NCBI GenBank assembly: GCA_025352265.1
Contig: JANXTS010000016.1
Location: 58,424 to 122,423, forward strand
Length of the DNA: 64,000 nucleotides
Reading direction: 5' to 3'
Source: Variovorax sp.
GTDB taxonomy: Bacteria; Pseudomonadota; Gammaproteobacteria; Burkholderiales; Burkholderiaceae_C
Part shown: piece by piece, positions 50,501 to 59,516 of the stretch
Layout: each line of letters starts with the position of its first letter
Numbering within the stretch: position 1 is the stretch's first letter
Notes under the pieces: model-generated
Seen by the model: the letters and a program-made list of their open reading frames with translations, nothing else
Database searches by the model: none
Told to the model about the DNA's origin: nothing
Position numbers and translations under genes: made by a program

Positions 50501-51106
50501 CAGGAGGCCAGAGAAGGTAAGGCTGAACAGCACATACGCCACCACAACGGCGACGCTCGTGTTGTGCGATTCGTTGTTGCGTTGAAAGCGCAGTGCCTGC
50601 TCGGTGGCTATGAAGGCGCCGTAATCGGCGCGCATGGCATCGCTTAGTGACTTGCCACGGCCGGCGGTCACGACCGTGCGGTAGTCCTGGCCGGCGCGCC
50701 GCAACGAGATCAGCTCGGATGCGTAGGCATCCCAGCTTTTTTGCGTGGCTGCGATCCGGTCGACCCGCGACACCTGTTGCGCGTTGTCAGACACCAGCTG
50801 CCGCAGCGCGGCCAACTCGGGGCCGATGCGCGACTGCGCGGCGTCGTAGGGTTCCAGAAAACGCGGCTCTCCTGTGATGAGAAAGCCCCGCATGCCGGAC
50901 TCGAGATCGACCGTGAGGCGTTGCGCCTCCGTGGCGCTACGGGTGACCTGGTCGGTGTGTTCGACCCAACCAATCACCGACAAAAGATAGAGGATCAAGG
51001 CCACGAACATCACTGCGCCTGCCAAACCTGCGGCAAGCGGCAACTTGAGGTTGCGGCTCAACACGCGCTGAAAGGATTGCTGATCGATCGCGTTGGGGCT
51101 TTTCAT
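47570..51106 (-). CDS. hybrid sensor histidine kinase: TM-CHASE3-TM-GAF-coiled coil-HisKA-HATPase-REC-REC-REC
   Basis: About 1178 aa from the ATG at 51106 (the track start at 51136 is TTG). Periplasmic CHASE3-like region (ESGMRGFLITGEPRFLEPYD) between two TM segments. H-box MSHELRTPLN. Three receiver domains, each with a D-x-x-L/M-P-D/E phospho-site. Confidence 0.88.
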   Translation of the reverse strand: MKSPNAIDQQSFQRVLSRNLKLPLAAGLAGAVMFVALILYLLSVIGWVEHTDQVTRSATEAQRLTVDLESGMRGFLITGEPRFLEPYDAAQSRIGPELAALRQLVSDNAQQVSRVDRIAATQKSWDAYASELISLRRAGQDYRTVVTAGRGKSLSDAMRADYGAFIATEQALRFQRNNESHNTSVAVVVAYVLFSLTFSGLLAYFGRRQLTELSANYGAALDEQTAHAEALQQQAWLRSAQTDLSAEITGQLSAQELGRRALAFFSRQLGSTVGALYLREPNGKLRRAASYGFSAEAEASSQTFSPTESLLGQAANERRVMVVEPVTMDYFKVNSGLGAMSPRAALLLPVSNDGLVNGVLELGLMGKPDARASALLDSVSGMLGSALAAARYREQLQDVLAETQQLNEELQVQQEELRTANEELEEQSRTLRQSQATLENQQAELEQTNSQLSERTEALDQRNLALRRVQRDLSEHAEELQRASRYKSEFLANMSHELRTPLNSALILAKLLGDNPQGNLSAEQVKFAESIYASGNDLLLLINDILDIAKVEAGKMELVAEDVPVSRLTDSLSMTFTPLAMQKRLGFRLDLQPGAPTSFNTDRQRLEQILKNLLSNALKFTESGEVVLGVSAASEGGVAFSVSDSGIGIRADQQEVVFEAFRQADGTTSRRYGGTGLGLSISRDLAHLLGGTLEVESAPGQGSTFTLKLPAALPSEPAELPVRNAHAGAGQVPGFVPSPSPPSAPAASSTARAMSTTPATPGPPAPPRPVLPVFADDRALPRNQARRVLVIEDEPQFAHILYDLAHELGYSCLVAHGAADGFSLATQFVPDAILLDMRLPDSSGLAVLQHLKDDPQTRHIPVHVVSAQDQSEAALHMGAIGYALKPTSRDQLKQVFKKIEGKLSQKVKQVLLVEDDAMQRESVVKLIGDDDVAITAVASGEEAMKLLRNRVFDCMITDLRLPDMQGSELLKRMATEEISSFPPVIVYTGRNLTRDEEAELLRYSRSIIIKGARSPERLLDEVTLFLHKVESELSSERQTMLKTARSRDRVFEGRRILLVDDDVRNIFALTSALEQRGAIVEIGRNGFEALAKLDSVPEIDLVLMDVMMPEMDGLEATRRIRQDRRFDKLPVIAVTAKAMKDDQEQCLAAGANDYLAKPVDLDRLFSVLRVWMPKMERL

Positions 51107-51223
51107 GGAAGACGGGTCGGAGGTAAGACAAGGCAAAACCGCCTAAGTCTGCCCGACCGGGGCGCCCGGCGCTGTCGGAAAAAGCCGCGCGTTCGCGCCT
51201 GCGCCCAAGGCAGGCGAGAGTCG

Positions 51224-51244
51224 CGCGGAGACTCACGCGGAGAC
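51224..51244. repeat. 9-bp direct repeat CGCGGAGAC x2, 12-bp period, upstream of the hybrid kinase
   Basis: Read directly at 51224-51232 and 51236-51244, 118-138 nt upstream of the kinase ATG on the coding strand. Confidence 0.5.
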
Positions 51245-51259
51245 CGGCGCGGGCGGTCG

Positions 51260-52195
51260 TCAGCCCGCGAGAAAATTCTGGATCAAGTCGGCAACGCGCT
51301 CCGGGCGGTCGTGATGGAGCATGTGACCGGCATCCTCGATGCGCGCAACCCTGGCGTCTTTTACCGACTTCAAGCGCGCGTGGTATTCGTCTAGTGAGTA
51401 GCGGCCCTTCCACCATTTACTGAGGCTGTCGTCGGCCGCTTCGACTGCCAGCAGCGGCGCGGCGATGCAGGCGTACAAGGCCAGGACTTCATCGACCCTA
51501 AAAATGTGCGCGTTGATGATCTTGTGCGCTGCGTCGCCCAGGATTTCCCAGCGCTCGTTGCCGTCGGCATTCAGGCTGCTGCCGGCCCAGTGGCTCGCCA
51601 GCCAATCGGCCTTGTCCTGTGTCAATCGCGGGTTGGTCTTCATGAGGCGGCGCGCCACGCCGTCGGCCGCGGGGTAGGCGGCCAGAGCCATTTCACCGCG
51701 GTGCAGGCGCTTGAGTTCGTCGATCCATTTGCCGTAACGCTGCGGCGCTTCGCTCGGCGCCAAACCGGGCATGCCGAACCCTTCGAGGTTGACCAGGCGC
51801 CGGATGCGCTGCGGCCGCACACCGGCGTAGTGCATCGCGACGTTGCCGCCCATGCTGTGACCGACCAAATCGACCGAGACGCTCTCGGTGGCCTCTGACT
51901 GACCCGCGTAGTGGTCGAGCAGCCAGTCGAGATCGGCCAGGTAATCGGGCATCCAGTAGTTGTCGACACCGCCACCTTCGGTCAGACCGAAGCCACGCCA
52001 GTCGGGCGCGATAACGAAGCGCTCTTCGGCCAGCGCATCGACCACGAATTGCCATGACGCGCCCACGTCCATCCAGCCGTGCAGCAGCACCAGTGGAGGC
52101 CGCGTGGCCGATGGCTGGCCCCACAGCCGCACGTGGTAGTTGAGATTTCGCACGGGCACGAATTCGCTGCGGGAGACGCGGAGGGCTTGGTACAT
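51260..52195 (-). CDS. alpha/beta-fold hydrolase
   Basis: ATG at 52195 inside track ORF 51260..52309. HGWMD oxyanion region, nucleophile elbow GHSMGG, and C-terminal DAGHMLHHD. Confidence 0.85.
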   Translation of the reverse strand: MYQALRVSRSEFVPVRNLNYHVRLWGQPSATRPPLVLLHGWMDVGASWQFVVDALAEERFVIAPDWRGFGLTEGGGVDNYWMPDYLADLDWLLDHYAGQSEATESVSVDLVGHSMGGNVAMHYAGVRPQRIRRLVNLEGFGMPGLAPSEAPQRYGKWIDELKRLHRGEMALAAYPAADGVARRLMKTNPRLTQDKADWLASHWAGSSLNADGNERWEILGDAAHKIINAHIFRVDEVLALYACIAAPLLAVEAADDSLSKWWKGRYSLDEYHARLKSVKDARVARIEDAGHMLHHDRPERVADLIQNFLAG

Positions 52196-52293
52196 GCGCT
52201 TGATGATATGCAGGCAACGTGCGCTGGGCTGTCGCACACGAGCCCCAATGCTGGCCGGCACGCGACAGCTCTGGCGGCGGTAGCATTCCGGCC

Positions 52294-53367
52294 ATGAAAA
52301 ACATCCCATTCGAAAAAGTCAGGCTGGGCCAGAGCGATCTGCGCGTCACGCCGATTTGCCTTGGCACCATGACCTTCGGCGAGCAGGTCGACGAGCCCAC
52401 CTCGCATGCCGTACTGAGCCGTTCGCTCGAACGTGGCGTCGACTTCATCGACACCGCCGAGATGTATTCGGTGCCGACGCGGCAAGAGACCTACAGCGTG
52501 ACCGAAAGCATCATCGGTCGCTGGTTCGCTGCCAACCCCGGCGTGCGGCAAAAGCTGACGCTGGCGACCAAGGTGGCCGGACCGTCGCGCGGCATGCCTT
52601 GGGTGCGTGAAGGCACCGGCATGGCGGCGGCCGACATCGTCGCGTCGTGCAATGCGAGCTTGAAGCGCTTGCAGACCGACGTGATCGATCTCTATCAAAT
52701 TCACTGGCCCGAGCGCAACACGCCGCTGTTCGGCCAGATCTACTTCGACCCGACCAAAGAGCGCACGCAGACGTCGATTCACGAGCAGTTGGAAGCACTC
52801 GGCGGCCTGGTGAAGGAAGGCAAGGTTCGCTATATCGGCCTGTCGAACGAGACGCCGTACGGCGTGCATGAGTTCGTCCGCCTGGCAGAGCAGCATTCAC
52901 TGCCGCGCATCGCGACCGTGCAGAACGTATACAGCCTGATCAGTCGCGCTCTGGAAAACGGCCTGGACGAAACAATGCATCGGCTAGACGTGTCGTTGCT
53001 TGCCTATTCGCCACTGGCTTTCGGCCTGTTGACCGGCAAGTACGACGAGAGCGGCACCGAGGGTCCGGAGGCGCCCAGGGGGCGGATCTCGGGCTACGAG
53101 TCGGTACGCAAGCAACGCTGGGGCCGCCCCGATGCATTGCGCGCCTCGCGTGCCTATAACCGCCTCGCGCGCGACAACGGCATGACGCCGACGCAGCTGG
53201 CGCTCGCCTTTTGCTACACCAAGTGGCAGGTCGCGAGCACCATCATCGGCGTGACGACCGTGGCGCAGCTCGATGAAGACCTGGATGCGTGGGGCACCAC
53301 GTTGTCGCCCGAGGTGCTGGTCGAAATCGACAAGATTCGCTGGGATATTCGCGACCCCGCGATGTGA
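52294..53367 (+). CDS. NADP(H)-dependent aldo-keto reductase (Tas-like)
   Basis: ATG at 52294 inside track ORF 52219..53367. Motifs [30 protein letters not shown]. Confidence 0.88.
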   Translation: MKNIPFEKVRLGQSDLRVTPICLGTMTFGEQVDEPTSHAVLSRSLERGVDFIDTAEMYSVPTRQETYSVTESIIGRWFAANPGVRQKLTLATKVAGPSRGMPWVREGTGMAAADIVASCNASLKRLQTDVIDLYQIHWPERNTPLFGQIYFDPTKERTQTSIHEQLEALGGLVKEGKVRYIGLSNETPYGVHEFVRLAEQHSLPRIATVQNVYSLISRALENGLDETMHRLDVSLLAYSPLAFGLLTGKYDESGTEGPEAPRGRISGYESVRKQRWGRPDALRASRAYNRLARDNGMTPTQLALAFCYTKWQVASTIIGVTTVAQLDEDLDAWGTTLSPEVLVEIDKIRWDIRDPAM

Positions 53368-53503
53368 TTCATCATCGATGGCGGTCGGCGACGGGCTCTG
53401 GTGGGCATCACTCCCAAGGTGCGCATCGACTTGCTCGCTGCCCGACCGGAGCAGTGCGCGCTGGCAGAATGAGCGACCTTTTTTCTCGAGGCCGGAGCCC
53501 GCG

Positions 53504-54139
53504 TTGAGTTCATACCTGCCATCCATCGTTACGATCTTCGCGGCCTACCTGATCGGTTCGTTGTCGTTCGCGGTGATCGTGAGCAAGGCCTTCGGCATGG
53601 CGGACCCGCGCAGCTACGGCAGCGGCAATCCCGGTGCGACCAACGTGCTGCGCTCGGGGAACAAGACGGCGGCACTCGCGACCTTGCTGCTCGATGCGGC
53701 AAAGGGCTGGTTGCCGGTGTTCGTGATCCGGCACTTCGGCACCGACTGGGGCCTCGACGATGGGCTCGCAGCGCTTGCTGGCCTGGCCGCGTTTCTTGGC
53801 CATCTGTACCCCGTATTCTTTTCCTTCAAAGGCGGCAAAGGCGTCGCGACCGCTGCCGGCGTGATCGTCGGCATCGCACCGCTGCTTGGGCTTGCGACGG
53901 GCGCGACATGGCTCATCATCGCGGTGTTCTTTCGCTACTCTTCACTGGCCTCGCTGGCGGCGGCCTTCTTCGCGCCGGCCTACTACCTGATCGGCGGCAA
54001 CATCGCCTGGCCCCTGCATCGCATGGTGGTCGTGGCGCTCATCGTAATGAGCATGCTGCTGTTCTGGCGGCACCGTGAAAACATCCGCCGGCTCGCTGCC
54101 GGCACGGAGTCGAAACTCGGCTCCAAAAAGAAAGTCTGA
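53504..54139 (+). CDS. plsY: glycerol-3-phosphate acyltransferase PlsY
   Basis: TTG at 53504 (GGAG 6 nt upstream). 211 aa. Motifs [29 protein letters not shown]. Confidence 0.88.
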   Translation: MSSYLPSIVTIFAAYLIGSLSFAVIVSKAFGMADPRSYGSGNPGATNVLRSGNKTAALATLLLDAAKGWLPVFVIRHFGTDWGLDDGLAALAGLAAFLGHLYPVFFSFKGGKGVATAAGVIVGIAPLLGLATGATWLIIAVFFRYSSLASLAAAFFAPAYYLIGGNIAWPLHRMVVVALIVMSMLLFWRHRENIRRLAAGTESKLGSKKKV

Positions 54140-54141
54140 CC

Positions 54142-54495
54142 ATGCCTGAGATCACCCGCTTTCACGTTGGCCCTCGCTTGTCCGAGACCGCGGTGCACAA
54201 CGGCACCGTGTATCTCGCGGGCCAGGTGCCGGACGACACTACGCAAGACATGCGCGGCCAGACAGGGCAGGTGCTCGGCATGGTAGAGCGCCTGCTGGTT
54301 GAAGCCGGCAGTGACAAGTCACGCATCCTGATGACGCAGATCTTCTTGAACGACATCGATGACATTACCGTCATGAACGAGATCTGGGATGCTTGGATTC
54401 CTGCAGGCCACACGCCGCCGCGCGCCACGGTGCAAGCGAAAATGGCCAACGCCGCCTACAAGATCGAGATCGTCGTCACTGCCGCGCAGGCCTAG
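54142..54495 (+). CDS. RidA/YjgF/L-PSP family protein
   Basis: 117 aa. Family pattern (VYLAGQVP ... PPRATVQAKMANAAYKIEI). Starts 2 nt after the plsY stop. Confidence 0.82.
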   Translation: MPEITRFHVGPRLSETAVHNGTVYLAGQVPDDTTQDMRGQTGQVLGMVERLLVEAGSDKSRILMTQIFLNDIDDITVMNEIWDAWIPAGHTPPRATVQAKMANAAYKIEIVVTAAQA

Positions 54496-54511
54496 ACGCT
54501 TCGCAAGCGCC

Positions 54512-55162
54512 TCAGAAGCGTTTCTCGAGAACCATCTGATCCGCGTCGCGCCGCATCGAAAAGCGGTTGATGAAGCTGTTGCCGAGCAGGACGAACGGCA
54601 TCGACTGCTCCGACACGATGGCGTCGACGTCGTATACCTCGACATCGCCGACTCGTACGGAATTCAGCCGTAGCCGATAACCCGCCGCCACACCGTTGGC
54701 CGTGTTGATCTGCACCGGCGTGCCCTTGCTGTAGTCGAGCCCAATGCGCAGTGCGTCCGCCGCCGATATCGCGACAGTGGTGGCGCCGGTGTCCAGCATG
54801 AAGCTGACGGTTCGGCCATTGATGGCGCCCTGCGTCATGAAGTGACCGCGGCTGTCGGCCGGCAGCACGATGCGATTACCGCCTGCGCTACTCGGACCTC
54901 CACCGCCGATGCTGGCGGGTGTGTCCATGCGCAAGGCGATGCGCTTGCCGCCAGATTCGACGGTGGCTTGTTCGCCTTGCAGCGCGACAAGCTTCATGCC
55001 TTGATAGGTCTCTCCAACGGCCAGGGTTTTTGGCGCGCCGCCGTTGACGATCAGGATGGCCCGGCTGCCGATGGTGCCGGTGAGCATTACCGAGCTTTCG
55101 GCTTGCGCCAACACGCAAACGCCCGCGAGCATCAACCCCGCTGCGAGCCGGAGGCCGAACAC
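54512..55162 (-). CDS. retropepsin-like (clan AA) aspartic protease, membrane/exported
   Basis: Motifs FMLDTGATTVAIS (DTG catalytic motif) and LLGNSFINRF. GTG at 55162 gives signal-like MFGLRLAAGLMLAGVCVLAQA; the ATG in the track (55207) would overlap yajQ by 44 nt. Confidence 0.75.
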   Translation of the reverse strand: MFGLRLAAGLMLAGVCVLAQAESSVMLTGTIGSRAILIVNGGAPKTLAVGETYQGMKLVALQGEQATVESGGKRIALRMDTPASIGGGGPSSAGGNRIVLPADSRGHFMTQGAINGRTVSFMLDTGATTVAISAADALRIGLDYSKGTPVQINTANGVAAGYRLRLNSVRVGDVEVYDVDAIVSEQSMPFVLLGNSFINRFSMRRDADQMVLEKRF

Positions 55163-55163
55163 C

Positions 55164-55649
55164 TCAATCCCTGAAGTTGTTGAACGACAGCGGCATGTCC
55201 GGCACATCTTTCTTGATGAGCGCCATGGCCGCTTGCAAGTCGTCGCGCTTGGCGCCGGTCACGCGCACCGCGTCGCCCTGGATAGCCGATGTCACTTTCA
55301 TCTTGCTGTCCTTGAGCAGACGGGTGATCTTCTTGGCCTGCTCGCTTTCGATGCCGCTTTTGACCTTGATGACCTGCTTGACCTTGTCGCCGCCGATCTT
55401 CTGCACGTCGCCCTTATCGAGGAAGCGCACGTCGACACTGCGCTTGATGAGCTTGGCCCGAAGGATGTCTTCGACCTGAACGAGCTGGAATTCAGCATCG
55501 CCGATCATCGTGATTTCCTTGTCCTTGAGCTCAACCGCAGCGGCCGTGCCCTTGAAGTCGAAGCGGGTGCCGATTTCTTTGGCGGTGTTCTCGACGGCGT
55601 TTTTGACCTCGGGCAAGTTGGGTTCGCAGACGGTGTCGAAAGACGGCAT
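55164..55649 (-). CDS. yajQ: YajQ family nucleotide/cyclic-di-GMP-binding protein (UPF0234)
   Basis: ATG at 55649 inside track ORF 55164..56201. 161 aa: [34 protein letters not shown]... Confidence 0.9.
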   Translation of the reverse strand: MPSFDTVCEPNLPEVKNAVENTAKEIGTRFDFKGTAAAVELKDKEITMIGDAEFQLVQVEDILRAKLIKRSVDVRFLDKGDVQKIGGDKVKQVIKVKSGIESEQAKKITRLLKDSKMKVTSAIQGDAVRVTGAKRDDLQAAMALIKKDVPDMPLSFNNFRD

Positions 55650-55691
55650 GGACGTTCCTGATTCTGGGGGACTGAGTGCGACAATTCTCCC

Positions 55692-56744
55692 ATGATCGTG
55701 GAGTCCAACGTCCCCCTGCAGCCCTACAACAGCTTTGGCATCGTCGCGCGCGCGCAGCATCTGACGCGCATCACCGGCGAGGCGGACGTGGAGGCACTGC
55801 GCGACGATGCTGAATGGCGCGATGCGCCGCGCTTCGTGCTCGGCGGCGGTAGCAACATCGTGCTCACCGGCGACGTCAAGCAGCTTGTGCTCAAGGTCGA
55901 GATCAAGGGTCTGAGGCTGGTCGAAGAGACGCCGCGCGCCTGGATCGTCGAGGCGGGTGCCGGCGAAAACTGGCACGAGGTGGTGCGCTGGACCGTGGAG
56001 AACGGTTTTCCGGGGCTGGAAAACCTGGCGCTCATTCCCGGCACGGTCGGCGGTGCGCCGGTGCAGAACATCGGCGCTTACGGTGTGGAGCTGCAAGATC
56101 GCTTCGAGTCGCTCGACGCGATCGATCTCGACACCGGCCGCACCTTCACGCTCGACGCAGCGCAATGCGCCTTCGGCTATCGCGATTCTGTCTTCAAGCA
56201 TGTGCCGGCCGGCCCCAACGACTTCGGGTTGGCGGGCCGGGCGCTGATCACGCGCGTGCGCTTTCGCTTGCCTCGGCTATGGAAGCCGGTGCTCGGCTAC
56301 GTCGATCTCGAAAAGAAGATGGCGGAGGCGGGCAACATCGCGCCGACTGCCATGCAGGTATTCGACTGGATCGTCGCGATCCGTCGCGCCAAGCTACCCG
56401 ACTGGCGGGTGCTAGGCAATGCCGGCAGCTTCTTCAAGAACCCGACCGTCACGCCCGAACAGTGCGCCGACATCATCGCGCGCGACCCGAAGATCGTGCA
56501 CTACCCCATGGTCGACGGCAGCATCAAGCTGGCCGCAGGATGGCTCATCGAGGCGTGCGGATGGAAGGGCAAGTCGGTCGGCAATGCAGGCGTTTATGAG
56601 CGCCAGGCGCTGGTGCTGGTCAACCGCGGCGGTAGCGTCGACCCTGTCACCGGCGGCGAGGTCATGACGCTGGCCAAAGCCATCCAGACCAGCGTGTACG
56701 AGCGATTCGGGATCCGGTTGGAACCCGAGCCGGTCGTGGTCTGA
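55692..56744 (+). CDS. murB: UDP-N-acetylenolpyruvoylglucosamine reductase
   Basis: 350 aa. FAD-binding PCMH region ([25 protein letters not shown]) and MurB C-terminal GSFFKNP. Confidence 0.9.
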   Translation: MIVESNVPLQPYNSFGIVARAQHLTRITGEADVEALRDDAEWRDAPRFVLGGGSNIVLTGDVKQLVLKVEIKGLRLVEETPRAWIVEAGAGENWHEVVRWTVENGFPGLENLALIPGTVGGAPVQNIGAYGVELQDRFESLDAIDLDTGRTFTLDAAQCAFGYRDSVFKHVPAGPNDFGLAGRALITRVRFRLPRLWKPVLGYVDLEKKMAEAGNIAPTAMQVFDWIVAIRRAKLPDWRVLGNAGSFFKNPTVTPEQCADIIARDPKIVHYPMVDGSIKLAAGWLIEACGWKGKSVGNAGVYERQALVLVNRGGSVDPVTGGEVMTLAKAIQTSVYERFGIRLEPEPVVV

Positions 56745-56746
56745 GC

Positions 56747-57631
56747 ATGCGTGACGAGCGATCAGGGCGGGCGGCACCGAAGCTCGTTCCAAAGATCGTC
56801 GTCGACCTGCTCCACCCAAACTTTCGTCGCCGCATCGTGGGGCTGATGTGGGCGCGCCGCGGGTTGTGGTTGATCGCGGTGCTGTCGATTTTTGTTCTGA
56901 GGCGCCAGTTCGACGCGCTGATCGCTGTGGTGGTGCTGTGCCTGCTGCTGGCACAGGCGCTCAAGGCGCGGGAGACCAGCCTGCGACGCCAGTTCGTGCG
57001 CGAAGCGGAGTTGCCGCGGTTTTTGGTCGGCAAGCTGATCCAGGCTTATCCGTCGATGCGCCAACGCGATGCCGAGCTGGTGTTGCGCGGTCTGCGGCAG
57101 TTCTTCATGGCGCATCTGCGCAGCGACAGAAAATTCGTCGCGATGCCGTCGAAGCTGGTCGACGCCGCGTGGCACGAGTTCATTCTGCATACGCAGGGCT
57201 ACCAGCGCTGGTGCGACGCCGAGTTCGGCGGAATGCTGCATCACAGCCCGGCCGAAGTGCTTGGTCGCAATGCGCGCCGCAACGACGGTTTGCGGCGCAG
57301 CTGGTACTGGGCCTGCAAGGAAGAAAGCATCGATCCGCGCAAGCCGAGCCGGTTGCCGCTGCTCTTTGCGCTGGATGCCAAGTACGGCGTGGCCGGTGGC
57401 TTTACCTACGTGCCCGACTGCAAGGCGATGGCACGCCACGACGGTTCGACCACTCAATGCGGTAGCGACTTCAGCAGCTCCGACAGCGGCTCGGGTGATG
57501 CCGGTGGCTTCGGCGGCAGCGAGTCGACGAGCAGTGCCAGCGGCGATGGCGGCTCTTTGAGCGACGGAGGCTCGTCCGGAGACGGCGGATCAGGTTGTGG
57601 CGGCGGTTGCGGCGGAGGCGGCGGCGACTAG
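56747..57631 (+). CDS. hypothetical membrane protein with D-x2-WH-x3-LH-x3-Y motif and Gly/Ser/Cys-rich C-terminal tail
   Basis: 294 aa. Two TM segments (GLWLIAVLSIFVL, ALIAVVVLCLLLAQAL). Motif VDAAWHEFILHTQGYQRWC. Tail ...SGDGGSGCGGGCGGGGGD. The start is uncertain (it immediately follows the murB stop). Confidence 0.6.
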   Translation: MRDERSGRAAPKLVPKIVVDLLHPNFRRRIVGLMWARRGLWLIAVLSIFVLRRQFDALIAVVVLCLLLAQALKARETSLRRQFVREAELPRFLVGKLIQAYPSMRQRDAELVLRGLRQFFMAHLRSDRKFVAMPSKLVDAAWHEFILHTQGYQRWCDAEFGGMLHHSPAEVLGRNARRNDGLRRSWYWACKEESIDPRKPSRLPLLFALDAKYGVAGGFTYVPDCKAMARHDGSTTQCGSDFSSSDSGSGDAGGFGGSESTSSASGDGGSLSDGGSSGDGGSGCGGGCGGGGGD

Positions 57632-57664
57632 TTGGCCGAGCCGGCGCCTCTGCATGGGTTCAGC

Positions 57665-57985
57665 TCAGCCGAAGTGGCAGATGTAGCTGTAAGGCTCGCC
57701 GGTCACGCGAATCTGAAACGACGCATTGGCGGGCACGCTGAACTTTTCGCCGACGCCCGACTTTTTCCACTCGGTGTTGTCGGCTAGCTGATATTCGCAA
57801 GCGCCGCTCACGCCTTCCATGATCTCCGGCGCACCGGTGCTGAAGGTGAGGGTCGACGGCAGGATCACGCCGATCGACTTTTTGGTGCCATCGGCCTGCA
57901 CGAAGCCGTGGCTCACGCATTTGCCGTCGAAGTAGACGTTGGCCTTGGTGGTCACGGTTACGTCTGCGAAGGTTTCAGTGGTCAT
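57665..57985 (-). CDS. ppnP: pyrimidine/purine nucleoside phosphorylase PpnP (DUF1255, cupin)
   Basis: ATG at 57985. 106 aa: KANVYFDGKCVSH ... GAPEIMEGVSG ... FQIRVTGEPYSYICHF. Confidence 0.85.
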   Translation of the reverse strand: MTTETFADVTVTTKANVYFDGKCVSHGFVQADGTKKSIGVILPSTLTFSTGAPEIMEGVSGACEYQLADNTEWKKSGVGEKFSVPANASFQIRVTGEPYSYICHFG

Positions 57986-58068
57986 TGCGAACTCGCTTTT
58001 CAGAAGCAGCAATTTTAGTGGCGCGCTCGCGAGAGCCAGCGCAATGGCCGGGAGCCGACCCTACGACG

Positions 58069-59508
58069 TCAGCCCATGAAGCCGAGATTGCGCGTGCTGT
58101 AATTTTTCAGGTTAGGCAGCACCGAGAGTTGATCGCTCGGCAACACGCCGAACCAGTTGGCGAGCGTGCCGCCGAACTGGTCGACGCCGGTGGTCGGCAC
58201 CAGTCGCCCCTGACCCACGTCATCGGGCCCGTCGTTGGCCAACGTGGGCGCGGTGCCGATAAAAGACTTCCCTTTGACGGCATCGCCCATGACGAACTGC
58301 ACGCCGCCCCAGCCGTGGTCGGAGCCGCTCGTGTTGCTGTTGAGCGTGCGGCCGAAGTCCGACGCGGTGAACGTGGTGACTTGCTGCGACACACCCAAAT
58401 CTTTGGTCGCTTGATAGAAGGCCGACATGGCGTTGGCCACACCAGCGAGCAGCAAGGCGTGCGTGCCGCCGGCACCGCCCAGACCGTCGTGGTTGTCAAA
58501 GCCGCCCATCGAGACGAAGAACACCTGCCGCTTGGCGCCGAGCGTGCTGCTGACGGAGATCATTCTGGCGACAAGCTTCAGCTGATCTGCCAGCGAGTTG
58601 TTGGTCGGGAACGTGGTCGCGACGTTGGCGCCGTCGAGGGCGCTGCTGAGCTGGTCGTTCGAGGTGAGTGCGCGGCGCGACACCGCGGCGTAGCTGCTTT
58701 CAAGCAGCTGGGTGCGCGTGTTCATCATCAAGCCATTGAGTGCGGTCGAGCAAGCGGCTGAGCCGAACATCGCCGACTTGATGCCTGCGACCGCAACCGG
58801 CCCGCTCGACGCCACTTGGTATTGCGACATCTGGTTGCCCGACAGGTAGACGGCGTTTCCGGCAACCGATACGCAGGTGAAGGTCGAGTTGCCATTGCCA
58901 CCCGCGAGCATGTCGCCCATGCGTCCGCCCCAGCCCGACGATGCGCCTTCGGGTGCGGACGCTTGCCAGTACGACGCTTGGTCGTTGTGCGAAAAGAGCT
59001 TGGGCGGAAGCGCCACTGAGCGCGCGTTGTATTGCGCCTTGGTCGTTGGCTGCACCAGCGTGCCAACGTTGAGCGCAATCGACAGGGCGCCCGCGTTGAA
59101 GATCGGTAGGAGAGGCGCGAGCGTCGGTGCCAGTGCGTACTGCCGACCGTTCGGCAGATCGGTTGCCGGTGAAAGCACGGTCGACGCCAACAGGTCGCGG
59201 CCGATCGCGATGTTGCTGCGCAGGCTGTAGTAGGCGTTGTAGGTGGCCTGGTCGTAGGCGACAAGTGTGTTGGCGTAGTCGTTGCCACCGTACAGAAAAA
59301 TACAGACGAGGGCTTTGTAGTCGGTGGCTGTGGCGGCTGCGGCTTCGCCCATGGCGGCCAGGCTGAGCGCCCACGGCGTGGCGGAGGCAGCCAGCGACAG
59401 GGCGCCGGTGCGGCGCAAGAATTCGCGGCGCGACGGGCTGTCGGGTTGCACGCCGGGAAAATGCGCAGATGCAGAAGGGCGGCCGAATCGAAAAGAAAAA
59501 TCTGTCAT
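58069..59508 (-). CDS. DUF1501 domain protein (sulfatase/alkaline-phosphatase-like), Tat-exported
   Basis: 479 aa. Twin-arginine signal SRREFLRRTGALSLAA. Motifs YGGNDYANTLV, FSHNDQASYWQ, GGFDNHDG, DFGRTLNSNTSGSDHGWGG. Confidence 0.85.
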   Translation of the reverse strand: MTDFSFRFGRPSASAHFPGVQPDSPSRREFLRRTGALSLAASATPWALSLAAMGEAAAATATDYKALVCIFLYGGNDYANTLVAYDQATYNAYYSLRSNIAIGRDLLASTVLSPATDLPNGRQYALAPTLAPLLPIFNAGALSIALNVGTLVQPTTKAQYNARSVALPPKLFSHNDQASYWQASAPEGASSGWGGRMGDMLAGGNGNSTFTCVSVAGNAVYLSGNQMSQYQVASSGPVAVAGIKSAMFGSAACSTALNGLMMNTRTQLLESSYAAVSRRALTSNDQLSSALDGANVATTFPTNNSLADQLKLVARMISVSSTLGAKRQVFFVSMGGFDNHDGLGGAGGTHALLLAGVANAMSAFYQATKDLGVSQQVTTFTASDFGRTLNSNTSGSDHGWGGVQFVMGDAVKGKSFIGTAPTLANDGPDDVGQGRLVPTTGVDQFGGTLANWFGVLPSDQLSVLPNLKNYSTRNLGFMG

Positions 59509-59516
59509 GCGGCGGG

